Source: Candidatus Poribacteria bacterium (GTDB lineage Bacteria > Poribacteria > WGA-4E > UBA9662). From it: a DNA stretch of 43,779 nt. This document shows, piece by piece, positions 10,070 through 20,337 of this stretch. Position 1 is the first letter of the stretch; every line of letters starts with the position of its first letter. The notes below the pieces were generated by a model, which was not told the DNA's origin, made no database searches, and worked only from the letters and a program-made list of their open reading frames with translations. The translations under genes and the position numbers were made by a program. Location: the NCBI GenBank assembly GCA_046582655.1, contig JAYGDX010000202.1:1-43779 (forward strand), in the 5' to 3' direction.

Positions 10070-10852
10070 TTAATTAGTTGTTTTAAATTTTTCGGCCTCG
10101 ACCATTTCCTCGGACAATTTCTGTTGATAAGCGGTATGAACTTTGGTATCTGCTTTTGCCTGGTGCGAATGGTAGATGAAGTCCAAAGCTCGGCGGTTGC
10201 GAGATTCGCTTTGATTACCATTGGCGCGGTGGATAGTTATAGCTTGATGGACTAGTAGGTCACCTGGCCTTGCTGCTAGGGCAACTTCGTTAGCCAGATC
10301 GTATCTGTACCGTCATCGGTAATACCCTGTGAGAAGCCGAGGGTGTTAGTCTGACTGTGAGAGCGCATGGTCAGGTGATTAGAACCCCGTACGTACCGGA
10401 CGCAGCCATTTTTCTCATCAACTTCATCCAGAGCCAGCCACATAGTCAGAGCCTCGCACGGGGTGAGCATAAAGTAGTAGCCATCTTGATGAGGTGGGGT
10501 TGGTTTCCCTATTTTGGTTGGCTTGTTGAAGTATTGCATATTTTGGCCAACCACCGATCCCTCTAGCAAAATTTTGGCCAATCGTTTGAATTTGTTGTTG
10601 AACAAGTTTCCAAAGTTAGGAATCATGAGTTTGCATTTCTTGGATTTGTTTGAGCGAATCTTCGCTCACTAGGTCTTCATAGAAGACTTAATCACGAGAT
10701 AAGGTGGGGATGACTTCTGCAATAAATCGTTCAATGTTCACCAAAATTTCGGCAATCTCTGCCCCATCCCAAAAGTTGGGAAAAACGACAAATCCATCTT
10801 TTTTGAGAGCTGGTACGACCCTGTCTGGGGCATTTTTCCAATCAATTGTCAT
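10070..10852 (-). pseudogene. Phytanoyl-CoA dioxygenase (PhyH) family pseudogene
   Basis: 'KDGFVVFPNF', 'TPPHQDGYY', 'MWLALD...NGCVRYVRGSN', 'GDLLVHQAITIHRA'; internal stops and frameshifts. Confidence 0.85.
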
Positions 10853-11368
10853 AAACTTATGGTTCCTTCGCTGTTGAGTCTGGGCAACCTAGAATTGATC
10901 ACTGGATATTAGGCATTATGATACTGATAGCCTTGATAGAAGGTGGCTAGTTACTAATTAGGTTGCCAGGGATTACGAGTACCTCCACCAGGATGGTGCG
11001 TAAGTGGGATTGTAGTTGGGAACTTCTGCTTCAAGACAATCTTTCGGCTTCCTTCTATTTGCAGTCATATCTAACATTTACCTTTTGTGCCATGGTATAT
11101 AGCTCATTTGTAAATGTGAAACAGCTAGATAGGCTAATATCTTGTCTTCATTCTGTCCCCAATCTTACCTTAATTCTTGTAATGTTAAATTGGTATCATT
11201 GAGTATATCAAACATGACGGCAGACATTAGGATTAGGACGAGGTGAAAAGGATCTCTCTCGTCACTTATATATGCCCTAATTGAGTAGAATGGTTGGAAG
11301 AGTGGTTGAGATCCATGCGTGTACATGCTTCATCTCTATGTAAATAAACCTTAGGCAAAATCTCTTAA

Positions 11369-12382
11369 TTAACCAATTCTCAGATTTCTGTCAGCCAATG
11401 GGAGCTCTATTTTTTTTCCCTCCTGCCGGTGTGATTCTCGCAACCCGATAGCTATCTCGAGGGCTTCACGACCGTATTCCCCTGGGCAAAGCGGTTCCGT
11501 ATCTTCGTCAAGGTTGTTGACGAGTCCCTCAATGGCAGCCTGCTGAGAGCTTCTGGGCCGTTTGGGGTTCGGAAACTGACGGCGGATAGGTTCTCGGGTT
11601 CTCGGGTGACGTCCCCACATTTCAAAGTCGGCGTGTTCGTTGCGCGCGCTAATCCAACCATCGAGACCAATGAAGTCAATGTTCAGCCAACCGCCGGTGT
11701 TTAAGAATCCACGGATGCCATTTTCGTAATAAATCATCCCTGTACCGGAGAGATCACTATTTCTTGCTGCTGCCTCGTCGCTATCCATATGTCCGAAAAC
11801 CCACTTTGCTGGAGCCTCGGCAAATAGTCGGAACAGGGCAAGTGTGTGGCTATGTCCGTTTGATAGGTTCCAACCATAGTTACATGCCATCGACGAGAAC
11901 GTGCCGATTTCGCCTTCTTTAATGGCTTTCAGGCATGCCTGAAACCACGGACTCCAGTTTTTGTGGCAGGCAATCGCCAAAATGGTGCCATGCTTCCGAC
12001 ATGTCTCAATCATCGCATCAGCTTCGGCCAGACTTCGACACATTGGCTTCGTTGCATAGATTGCCTTGACTCCTGCTTCTGCCGCGCCGATAACGACTTC
12101 TGCTCTTTCCTCCACCTTGGTCGTTATACACACGATATCTGGCTTTTCCTTCTTAATCATCTCACGATAGTCGGAGTAGAGCGCGGTAACCCCCCAACGG
12201 TGTTTGAAATCTGCTAACTGCTCCTCCCTAAGGTCTGAAGCTGCAACCAATTCCACACCTTTTGCCTCGATTATCGCTGGTGCATGCGCCCACGGATACC
12301 GAAATTGTGGACGATCAACTTGTTCATCGTCAATGGTGCTACCAATCCGACCACAACCGATAATGGAGCCTCGATATGCCAT
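11369..12382 (-). CDS. Gfo/Idh/MocA family oxidoreductase
   Basis: 'IIGCGRIG', 'KPDIVCIT', 'ATKPM' (EKP variant). Confidence 0.88.
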   Translation of the reverse strand: MAYRGSIIGCGRIGSTIDDEQVDRPQFRYPWAHAPAIIEAKGVELVAASDLREEQLADFKHRWGVTALYSDYREMIKKEKPDIVCITTKVEERAEVVIGAAEAGVKAIYATKPMCRSLAEADAMIETCRKHGTILAIACHKNWSPWFQACLKAIKEGEIGTFSSMACNYGWNLSNGHSHTLALFRLFAEAPAKWVFGHMDSDEAAARNSDLSGTGMIYYENGIRGFLNTGGWLNIDFIGLDGWISARNEHADFEMWGRHPRTREPIRRQFPNPKRPRSSQQAAIEGLVNNLDEDTEPLCPGEYGREALEIAIGLRESHRQEGKKIELPLADRNLRIG

Positions 12383-12873
12383 AAGATTATCGTTCCCTTT
12401 CGCTATTTTTACTTTCTAAGAAGCCCAAAAACATTCATTATTATTAATTTTTGAAGAGGGGTGAGAACAATGTCAGGCTAAGCTTGATAGATAGAACTGC
12501 CTCTCCTAACCGTAAATTTTTGAATCGTAATTAGGCTCGTTTCCTTTGTTTTATGTAGAGAGGAATAAGAATCTCTCTGTATATAAGATTGCATGGTGTC
12601 AAAGATGCAATCGGTGGTCTGGAGGTTCTTTCCCATTGATCTCGCTGGCACTCTTGCAACAACATGGGTAAATTAAAACCTCGCGATTTCTCAAGAATTT
12701 CCTCGGTTTTATGTCTAAACGCGGAGAGCAATCAACTTGCATCGATGCTGTCAATAGTGAGCAATTGCCTAGTGGTCCTCCTTTTGGTTTTACACTTCAC
12801 TAAAGTTAATTGTGGTGCTGTCTAATGTAAATCAATAACTTCATGCTACCATGATGGTGATTTCACGCGTAGG

Positions 12874-13803
12874 CTACCCCCTCGAGGCTAACTGTAGTTT
12901 CCGGTTTGCCGTATCCCACTCTTCCCAGGTGGGTTTATGGCCACTGGTAAGCACCACCAGCGGTTCTCGTCCCCCTCGGCGCACTTTGTCGCGGACAAAC
13001 TCTGCTGCCTGCTTTTGCTTAGGTATCAAATCGCTTCGGTCTGAAGTAGGGAAGTAACGAAAATCAATACTCCAACGGCATCCATTGGTTGTATTCAACT
13101 TGCTTGTGTGGACGCACAAATTAGACATAAAAAGCGCTCCTCCTGGTTTTAGAGGAATGGGAACAGGGTTACCTCGTGTCTCTACGTCCTTCTCCATACG
13201 CACGTTGTTGTCCTGACCTCGAGCGCCATCCAGTAGACTCCAGTGGTGGCTGCCCGGGATGACCCAGCAGCAACCGTTCTCCACCGTAGCTTCGACCAAA
13301 GGGACCCACACTGTGACCATCTGCAGGTCCTCGGTATGGCGTTCTTTCTTACCAATCGTCGATTGGTCGATGTATTGACTGTCCTGATGCCAGGGAAACG
13401 AGGTGATGATGCTTCCGGGTAGCTTTGTTCGCAAGGCGGGACCACCGATATTGGAAATTTCAGGACCGTGTATGATACCCAACACATGGAGAACGCTGGG
13501 CAGATTATAGAGATCGTAGAACTCGCGACCGTAAGTGTTGCCCATCCAACCACGAGGAGAAGTTGATAGTTCCTCGCAGATAACAGCGTAGCGGCGCACG
13601 AAAGATTCGGTTTCATAGAGCGACGAAATATTGCCTTCGGCGTACTGTTCACAGGCATACTCATCGACCTTTGTTTTGATGTGGTCTCGGATCGGTTCGA
13701 GATCATGATCCGCAATGATATCCTTAACCACAACATAGCCATCGCGTTTGAAAGTGTCTTTGATTTCTTGGTCAGTGATATTCGTTTGGTCAGTCATACT
13801 CAT
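12874..13803 (-). CDS. Phytanoyl-CoA dioxygenase (PhyH) family protein
   Basis: HxD 'PWHQD', 'VWVPL...ENGC..VIPGSH' and distal His 'CVHTS'. Confidence 0.9.
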   Translation of the reverse strand: MSMTDQTNITDQEIKDTFKRDGYVVVKDIIADHDLEPIRDHIKTKVDEYACEQYAEGNISSLYETESFVRRYAVICEELSTSPRGWMGNTYGREFYDLYNLPSVLHVLGIIHGPEISNIGGPALRTKLPGSIITSFPWHQDSQYIDQSTIGKKERHTEDLQMVTVWVPLVEATVENGCCWVIPGSHHWSLLDGARGQDNNVRMEKDVETRGNPVPIPLKPGGALFMSNLCVHTSKLNTTNGCRWSIDFRYFPTSDRSDLIPKQKQAAEFVRDKVRRGGREPLVVLTSGHKPTWEEWDTANRKLQLASRG

Positions 13804-14019
13804 AAGATTCCATATCCGTAAGGTTATATTAATAATGATTTTGTCTTCTATTCTAATTAGAAAATGTCCATGTTTCAGGGACTAGCGAGATAACGCGGAG
13901 TGAAACAGCCAGCCAAACTAATACCTTATCTTCACGCCGTCTCAGATTGTAACGAAGCTGACAAAGTATGGTGTATCTTTCCAGTCCTCATACAGGCCTA
14001 ATTGAAACTGCAATGAGAC

Positions 14020-15621
14020 TTAATTTATGTCCTCCTGATCGAGATAAACACCGACAAGGTGAGCCCGGCCAGGATCATCGCTAAAGTTGGTATAGTCCAC
14101 AAGTAGGATCCGACCATCGTCCAGCATCAACCATGACGAATATCCGTGATCTGGCCTTGCTTTCTGTCCTGGAGGGTTAGCGTGGATCTGAATAAGATGT
14201 TCCCGCTGGTAGTTATCTGGCCATAGCCCATCGGACGTCTCCCATCGCCACTCGGTATCCGGGAGTGTGGGGTTTTTGACCGAATAAGAAACACTTTTCC
14301 AGAAGCTCCTTCCGGCTTCACCTATCTGACCAAACTGGGTACGCTTGAATGGGTCCCCCCCCCCAAAGTCGCTTAGAGGCTGAGATTCGCGCCAGATGCA
14401 TCCCGAAATCAGTGTTTTGTTATCAATACGCACTTCAAGCAGACCACGTTTGTGATGAATTGTGACAGTACGTTCATGTGTCATGTCTACAGGCTTACGA
14501 AAATCGACTGTTTGCTTATTCAGCATGATCCAGTCAGGAGCGATCTGTAACAAATTGCCCTGTGGACCAAGGCTGGATACAGAAAGGAAAGCAACAGCTT
14601 TACCGTTCTCACCTTCTACACGCATTTGAGCCTCGAAAATCACTTCACTTTTGCTGCATTCTGGTGGCAGCAGAGTATATCGGCATTCGTGTTCTGGTTT
14701 GTTTTCGATGATCAGAGCGTCTGCTGTCAGTTCTGCCACAAACTGCTGGCGCGGACCTCCCACACTCCATTGTCCCGCTTCAACCCTGAGGTCACCACAC
14801 CATCCATATGTTCCCATTCCCCCATTGACATGTCGACCAGTTACCAGCACTCGTCCGTCTGCGAGCTGTTTGGCATATGGTCGATGAATTGCAAAAGGCA
14901 ACATTTGCGACTTAGACCAGGTTTTTCCCATGTCCTGTGAGAAAGCAACGAAACAGGGAATACCAGCAGAATGGTTCTCGCGCATCACGCAAGCCAGTTC
15001 CTTTCCTTCGTCAAGAATGACGATCGCCCCCTCACAGAAGCGGTGGTAGCCATTATGTGCTATGGTTGCTTGTTCATACCACGTTTGTCCTCCATCGTCT
15101 GAACAGGAGAGGATGTTAGCAAACTCTTGGGTTTCACCACGCATAACCTGGGAAGCCACACCTAACCGACCATCGGGCAAATCCATAACCCTGTCAGGTT
15201 CGAAGCCGGTGATCCCTGTGTTCTGTGCCTCACTCCATGTGTTGCCATTATCCTCGCTCCAGAAAGCCAGTATTCCAGGTGGTTGGTCCTCGTGAAAGTG
15301 GCCATTGTCATCTTGATCAACGAGTACGACGAGTCGCTCGTCCTTAAGTCTGCTTAACCGAGGTGTTACCAATCGTTCCTCATCCTCTCGGATATCGTGC
15401 TGGACGAGCTCTCGGTGTTTGAACCAGGTGCTCCCCGCGTCGTCGCTTGCTAGCAGCGTCAAAATCTGATTTTCCTGTGACCAATGTGAGTCTGTGTCGC
15501 AATAGATTAACATCAGTCGCCCAGAAGGCAGTCTGACAACATCCGGGTTCTTAGTGAACCGCTCTGAGCTACGCCATATTTCAAAGACTTTATGTGCAAC
15601 TGATCGTGTATGAATTAACAC
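14020..15621 (-). CDS. Sialidase-like (BNR/Asp-box) beta-propeller protein with an inserted domain
   Basis: Asp-boxes SDDAGSTW, SEDNGNTW, SDDGGQTW and SQDMGKTW; C-terminal 'DHGYSS'; RBS AAGGAG. Confidence 0.8.
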   Translation of the reverse strand: MLIHTRSVAHKVFEIWRSSERFTKNPDVVRLPSGRLMLIYCDTDSHWSQENQILTLLASDDAGSTWFKHRELVQHDIREDEERLVTPRLSRLKDERLVVLVDQDDNGHFHEDQPPGILAFWSEDNGNTWSEAQNTGITGFEPDRVMDLPDGRLGVASQVMRGETQEFANILSCSDDGGQTWYEQATIAHNGYHRFCEGAIVILDEGKELACVMRENHSAGIPCFVAFSQDMGKTWSKSQMLPFAIHRPYAKQLADGRVLVTGRHVNGGMGTYGWCGDLRVEAGQWSVGGPRQQFVAELTADALIIENKPEHECRYTLLPPECSKSEVIFEAQMRVEGENGKAVAFLSVSSLGPQGNLLQIAPDWIMLNKQTVDFRKPVDMTHERTVTIHHKRGLLEVRIDNKTLISGCIWRESQPLSDFGGGDPFKRTQFGQIGEAGRSFWKSVSYSVKNPTLPDTEWRWETSDGLWPDNYQREHLIQIHANPPGQKARPDHGYSSWLMLDDGRILLVDYTNFSDDPGRAHLVGVYLDQEDIN

Positions 15622-15715
15622 GCTAAAGCTCCTTTCTATGTACTTAATGGTTACATTCCTGAAATACTCTCCGAAGAATTTACGAGCATAGGTCGGTGGA
15701 TATCCGGTATGTTTC

Positions 15716-17893
15716 TCACCACTGGCTGGACGCCGCCATCTTCCAACCCGTCACGTCCGCCTTCAGGTCCCCGCCTTCACTGTGAAGGCATATTCCGACG
15801 TCTTCAGGTTTATGCAGATGCCTTTGCACCGCCGCCTGGCGGTCATTGATAAAGACTTCCACGATTGGCTTGTCGATGAATATCCGTAAATTCAAATCCT
15901 CTCCCTCTTTCAACTCGAACGGCGCATCGGCATAAGCTCGGGTGCTGGTATCGGGATCTATCGTTTCCTTCTCATCTCGCACCGAAATCTTTTTCTCGCC
16001 AGCTGAATAGAAGATATTCAGCCCATTTTGGTTGCCTTTGTCACACAACACTTTTACGCCAAAATCCCTGGCTTCGGTAGGTTTGATGGTAACATTCAAT
16101 TCGACCGTATCACCTAAGATTTCCTTCAGCCTGCATTTCTCGCCGGCTTTGACTACCATGTCGCTCTCAACCGTTTCGTTGTAGCGTAAACGTTCAAGCT
16201 CGCGAACAGGTTTGATACGCAAAATCCCGTCATCTGGTAGACTCAACTCCCAGGGCAATGAGAATGTCGCACTCCATAATGTGTTGCCAAACTTGGCCCT
16301 TAACAGGGTCATGGCTACTCTGCGCCCATCTGGTGTGAGATAGGTCTTGGGTGCCCAGTAGACAGGCTCCTTGTCAGGATTCCAGCTCCAGCTCATCTTG
16401 GCATGAAAATCGGGGGTGAATTTGTTATCTTTCCATTCACCCAGATAGTAACGGGCTCCCCAACTGTGACTGATGAGCAGCTTCATCTGCTTGTGGCCGA
16501 GTTTAAAGAAATCAGTACAGGAATAATCCTGCCGATCAAGTCCAGGCAAGTCTTTGGTCATGAATTTACCGAGAAACTCCCAGTTCTTAAAATCTTTGGA
16601 TCGCATCAGTGTCGGCTCTTTATACCAAGAACCCGACCCCGGTCGTTTATCGAAAGGGTGGCCAGCGTGAGATCCGGAATACACATAGTAGTAATCTCCC
16701 TCAACCCAGGCATCTGGATCCCAGAATATCCAATAGTCGGCATCCAAGGCCTCTTGGGGCACTTGAATGTCAATCGGCTTAGACCATTCCTCGAGATTCT
16801 CGTCCGAAGACTCGATATAGGATGCTCGGCCGCCAAATATGCCGACAAAGATAACTTTCTTGCCGTCTTTGGTGATGATCGTACCGCCAGTACCACAACC
16901 TCCACTGCCTAGGCCACAGTCCTTGCGCCGTCTCCAGTGAACAAGGTCAGTACTTGTATAGTGACCAAAAGCGTACTCATCGCCTTTGTTCATATAACCG
17001 AAATGATACTGACCTTTCCAGTAGACAAAAAAATTGGGATCGGCTGAATAGTTCCTGTCGCCATCGCCCTCGGAATTGACCAAGTGATAGGTCGGGCGAG
17101 TCGGATCATCCATCAGCCGCTGACGAAAATCTCGGGCTATGCGTACGGCTTCGCTGTCCATGGTATTTAAACACCTATTGTCCTGGTCGAAAATAACATA
17201 CCCATCTTTAGGATTCTCTTTTCTTACACCCCCATTTTTAATCTCGGGGAATCTTCCAGTTTGGTCATCCGGCCAACCATCTTTGGAGAAATCAAACCAG
17301 CTGAACGGTTGAATGCTCGAAGGTTCGTTTGGCTTTAAGCCTTTAATCTCCTCCTGAGTCAGAGCCTGGGCATAAATCCTTACGTCCTTGATTTTGCCTT
17401 TGAATGATTTTGCGTGGTTAGGACTTAGCTTGATTGGACCAATTACCAGTTGCAAGTAGGGGCTGCTAAGAAAATCAAACGGCTTTTCGATGGTGTAGCT
17501 GGCGTACACTTCCCCATCGCGATAAATGGTGACCGTCTTATCCAGATAAACGGCCGCCATCATCATAAACTGTCCGGGTACGATTTCCTGTGCCGGATTT
17601 TGCGTCAGTTGTTCCTTGGTTTGCGTGCGAGTGTTATCATTGCTGGCGGTGGACCATTTACCTAGAGCATCCTGCCCAAAAGCAAGTGCGTCATATTTGT
17701 CAATCGCCTGCAGACTGATCACGCTGCATGGCTTTGAGGGTTCCTCATCAAAGCAGAACCAGCTGACGAGAGTCTTGTCTGTGCCTTCACCGGAAACAAA
17801 ATTACAGCTACATGACTTGCAGCGATAACGTTGCTTGGAACGAACAAATCCGTTTTTTGTAACTTGATCACTGTGACAATTTTTACAATTCAT
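15716..17893 (-). CDS. GH32-like glycoside hydrolase with a LamG domain and an N-terminal IS1 InsA-type zinc ribbon
   Basis: 'DPN.FVYWKGQYH', 'STDLVHW', 'WDPD', 'SLPWELSL', GH32C 'LRIFIDKPIVEVFIND'; N-terminal CxxC..NG....QRYRCKSC. Confidence 0.8.
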   Translation of the reverse strand: MNCKNCHSDQVTKNGFVRSKQRYRCKSCSCNFVSGEGTDKTLVSWFCFDEEPSKPCSVISLQAIDKYDALAFGQDALGKWSTASNDNTRTQTKEQLTQNPAQEIVPGQFMMMAAVYLDKTVTIYRDGEVYASYTIEKPFDFLSSPYLQLVIGPIKLSPNHAKSFKGKIKDVRIYAQALTQEEIKGLKPNEPSSIQPFSWFDFSKDGWPDDQTGRFPEIKNGGVRKENPKDGYVIFDQDNRCLNTMDSEAVRIARDFRQRLMDDPTRPTYHLVNSEGDGDRNYSADPNFFVYWKGQYHFGYMNKGDEYAFGHYTSTDLVHWRRRKDCGLGSGGCGTGGTIITKDGKKVIFVGIFGGRASYIESSDENLEEWSKPIDIQVPQEALDADYWIFWDPDAWVEGDYYYVYSGSHAGHPFDKRPGSGSWYKEPTLMRSKDFKNWEFLGKFMTKDLPGLDRQDYSCTDFFKLGHKQMKLLISHSWGARYYLGEWKDNKFTPDFHAKMSWSWNPDKEPVYWAPKTYLTPDGRRVAMTLLRAKFGNTLWSATFSLPWELSLPDDGILRIKPVRELERLRYNETVESDMVVKAGEKCRLKEILGDTVELNVTIKPTEARDFGVKVLCDKGNQNGLNIFYSAGEKKISVRDEKETIDPDTSTRAYADAPFELKEGEDLNLRIFIDKPIVEVFINDRQAAVQRHLHKPEDVGICLHSEGGDLKADVTGWKMAASSQW

Positions 17894-17931
17894 GAGATAC
17901 CTATCTTTCAGTTATATGTCTTGATACTGCC
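17782..17931 (-). mobile_element. IS1-family left end remnant (putative IRL plus InsA zinc ribbon)
   Basis: GGCAGTATCAAGAC lies 38 nt upstream of 'MNCKNCHSDQVTKNGFVRSKQRYRCKSCSCNF'. Confidence 0.65.
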
Positions 17932-18525
17932 ATTTTTTCCCAGATTTGATCCTCGACACCAATGCTGTGGCCAGAGATCTGCCGCTATCAAGCAATTGCT
18001 GCGCTCGTGCGGCATCACACGGTTCAAGCGGTGTTTTATCGGTATCCAGTATGTCTGTTTAATCATATACCGTAGTGCGTCGAACTGATGAAGCATTCAA
18101 CGGTGCCTATATATTAGCTGGTAACGTAGTTCCGAAGAACTGAGACTGGTTAGTGCCGGAACACCATAAAACCGGGGCTCCAAATGAACCGTGTTGGACC
18201 GCTAACGACCTGTTGCCCGTCTTGATCCAGTTTTTATGATATCAGCTGAAACGATCACTCCTTTTTCTAGCCCAGATACACATGACTGGCAGAAACTCGG
18301 AAAGATTAAACCTTAAACTTGGTAAATACTTCCACTTGACCACATACCTCGATTACATGACGGTGGTTTTTCGTGGAAATTTTGTGGCAGATACTACGGT
18401 AGAAATACAACAGTAGATAGATGGAAAAATTATGGTAATCAACATCCCGACACAACTCTAAACTAACAGAACAGCGATAGAAAACTTACCCAAACCTTTC
18501 CGAGCTAAGATACTGATCTATCCTT

Positions 18526-18564
18526 CGTTGGTGGTTAAGGCATCAGTTTGACCACCAACGTTTT
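18526..18564. terminator. Stem-loop, probable intrinsic terminator
   Basis: Perfect 10-bp stem CGTTGGTGGT/ACCACCAACG followed by TTTT on +; lies downstream of the minus-strand PhyH gene. Confidence 0.45.
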
Positions 18565-18660
18565 CCCACTTAATTTATGAGAACCATCCCAATGGTTCCA
18601 TTACCCTCTATTCCACTTCAATCCAATCTGACATCCGGTACCAGTTACCATTCTGTCCCT

Positions 18661-19469
18661 TCACCGATGCTGGTAATCTAACTGGTAGAGGAACTTGGCG
18701 ACCTGTTCAATCGGGTGGTCTTCTGGTCCTGCCAGTTCTAGATACTTTCGGGTTTTATCATTGATCACACCGTAAAAATCCCGAACTTCCAAGTCGGGAT
18801 GATCACGCCAAAATTTGTTTGGGATCAATGAGTCATTAGCCATATTAAGGATGGTCACGATGACCATAGTAGACTTGCACTGTTTTGCGCTTTTTTTCCG
18901 TCGTGCGCACAGTAGCCGAATGCAAAACCGAATAGCTACAAAGAATTGCGGTTCCGGCAGGACCATACAGGTTGTAGATTCCGCCTCGTTGCAGTTGGGC
19001 ATCCTTGTTTTCCAGAACCGGTTGGTCAACAGATTCCGGCGAAATTGAAAAACAGTGAGTGGTTTCGTCAACCTCAGCTAGGTACAGTATGAGTTGAATA
19101 TTTCTTGTCCGCAGGGGATGCTCCATCAGGTGTTGTCCGTCACGATGCCAACCCCAGTGTTTGGGGATGTCCGTGTAACGATCCATGTGGCGAAGCCCAA
19201 TCTCTGAAAAGCAGAGGTCGCCACCCATCAACTGATGAAGCGGTTCCATGACTCTGCGGTGTCGGATCAGTTGGTCGAATTCGGGCGTGCTGGCCAAGAC
19301 ATCGTAATTGACGGTCTTTTAATGGCCATAGTCAAACCAGAAAGCCTGTTTTTCCACCCGGTCGCGATCAAAAAGATTGACATAAATAGGCCACCTCCCG
19401 GTCAGTCAATATTTTACCCAGCGAGACATAACCATTTTCTCGAAAAAACCGGTAATCTGCTTCCTTCAT
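18661..19469 (-). pseudogene. PhyH family gene split by two frameshifts
   Basis: 'FFRENGYVSLGKIL', 'GWHRD' and 'VLHSA' lie in different frames. Confidence 0.8.
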
Positions 19470-19899
19470 TACTCTACTTACTGAATCGTTGCGTTCAATT
19501 GACAAAGACAACGAAGAGTATAATTGTGATATTCCAGCAACATTAAAGTACATCCCTACAAAGATTATTGCAAGTTCAATTTAGATTGGCAGATCTAGTA
19601 TGTTGTGTGTTGAGAAATGAAATCTGTCTCCTCGTTCATTGGCAGATCTCATTTTTCTAACTGATAATTTGATCCTGACATACAGCGAAATCCGTATTGG
19701 GCGTATCTATCAGACGGATAGCTGTGACCACAGGTAGCACAACACGCTAGCTGGAACTAATGTTGCTACAAGCTCTCTCTCAACACTCGGTCGGTATTAT
19801 CGTAATCGGGCTTGCTTGCCCACATATACAAACCTCGAACCAAATATCCTATGCAACACAAGGTAGAATTTCAGTGCTTTATAACAGTTTGGCAAACAT

Positions 19900-20003
19900 G
19901 TCGGGATTCATATTCCTTGGTTGCTTCAAGTGTTTCAGGTGTACCTAATCTTCCCCAATTCAATTGCTGCATTACCATGAACATACTCATTTTGATCCTG
20001 TAA
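19900..20003 (-). pseudogene. HEAT-repeat gene C-terminal fragment
   Basis: LQDQNEYVHGNAAIELGKI/GTPETLEATKEYES, with one frameshift. Confidence 0.5.
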
Positions 20004-20337
20004 TCAGGCCAGAAAGATCAGGCCGACCCAGTGAGACCCCAGAGTCCCTTTACCAAGATGGCTTTTCCATGTGGAAGCTGGGCGAGTAGTTCTTAACAAA
20101 TTGAAACTAATCTGTTTTAAATAGTTGTGAGCTGTGTTAAATAGATCTGATAATCTATATCGGTAACAACAGTGTCCGTAGTGTATCTATTTCTTGATAA
20201 CTGATGGTTGTCCTCCCCCTCAATTGACGTGATTTTAACTAGATTCTGATTTGCAGAGTATTGATCCCAATTGTTGATTTGTAGTAAAATTATAAAGATT
20301 TTAAAGTGAGATTTTGCCAACCCGATTGGAGAGGATT

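Noticed and set aside
12531..12731. 66-aa minus-strand ORF
   Set aside because: No recognisable motif or convincing RBS.
18330..18400. Possible Fur-like 'HRHVIEVCGQVEVF' fragment on the minus strand
   Set aside because: Too short and degenerate to support.
19499..19524. Perfect TTGACA and TATAAT hexamers
   Set aside because: The spacer is only 14 bp and no gene lies downstream on that strand.
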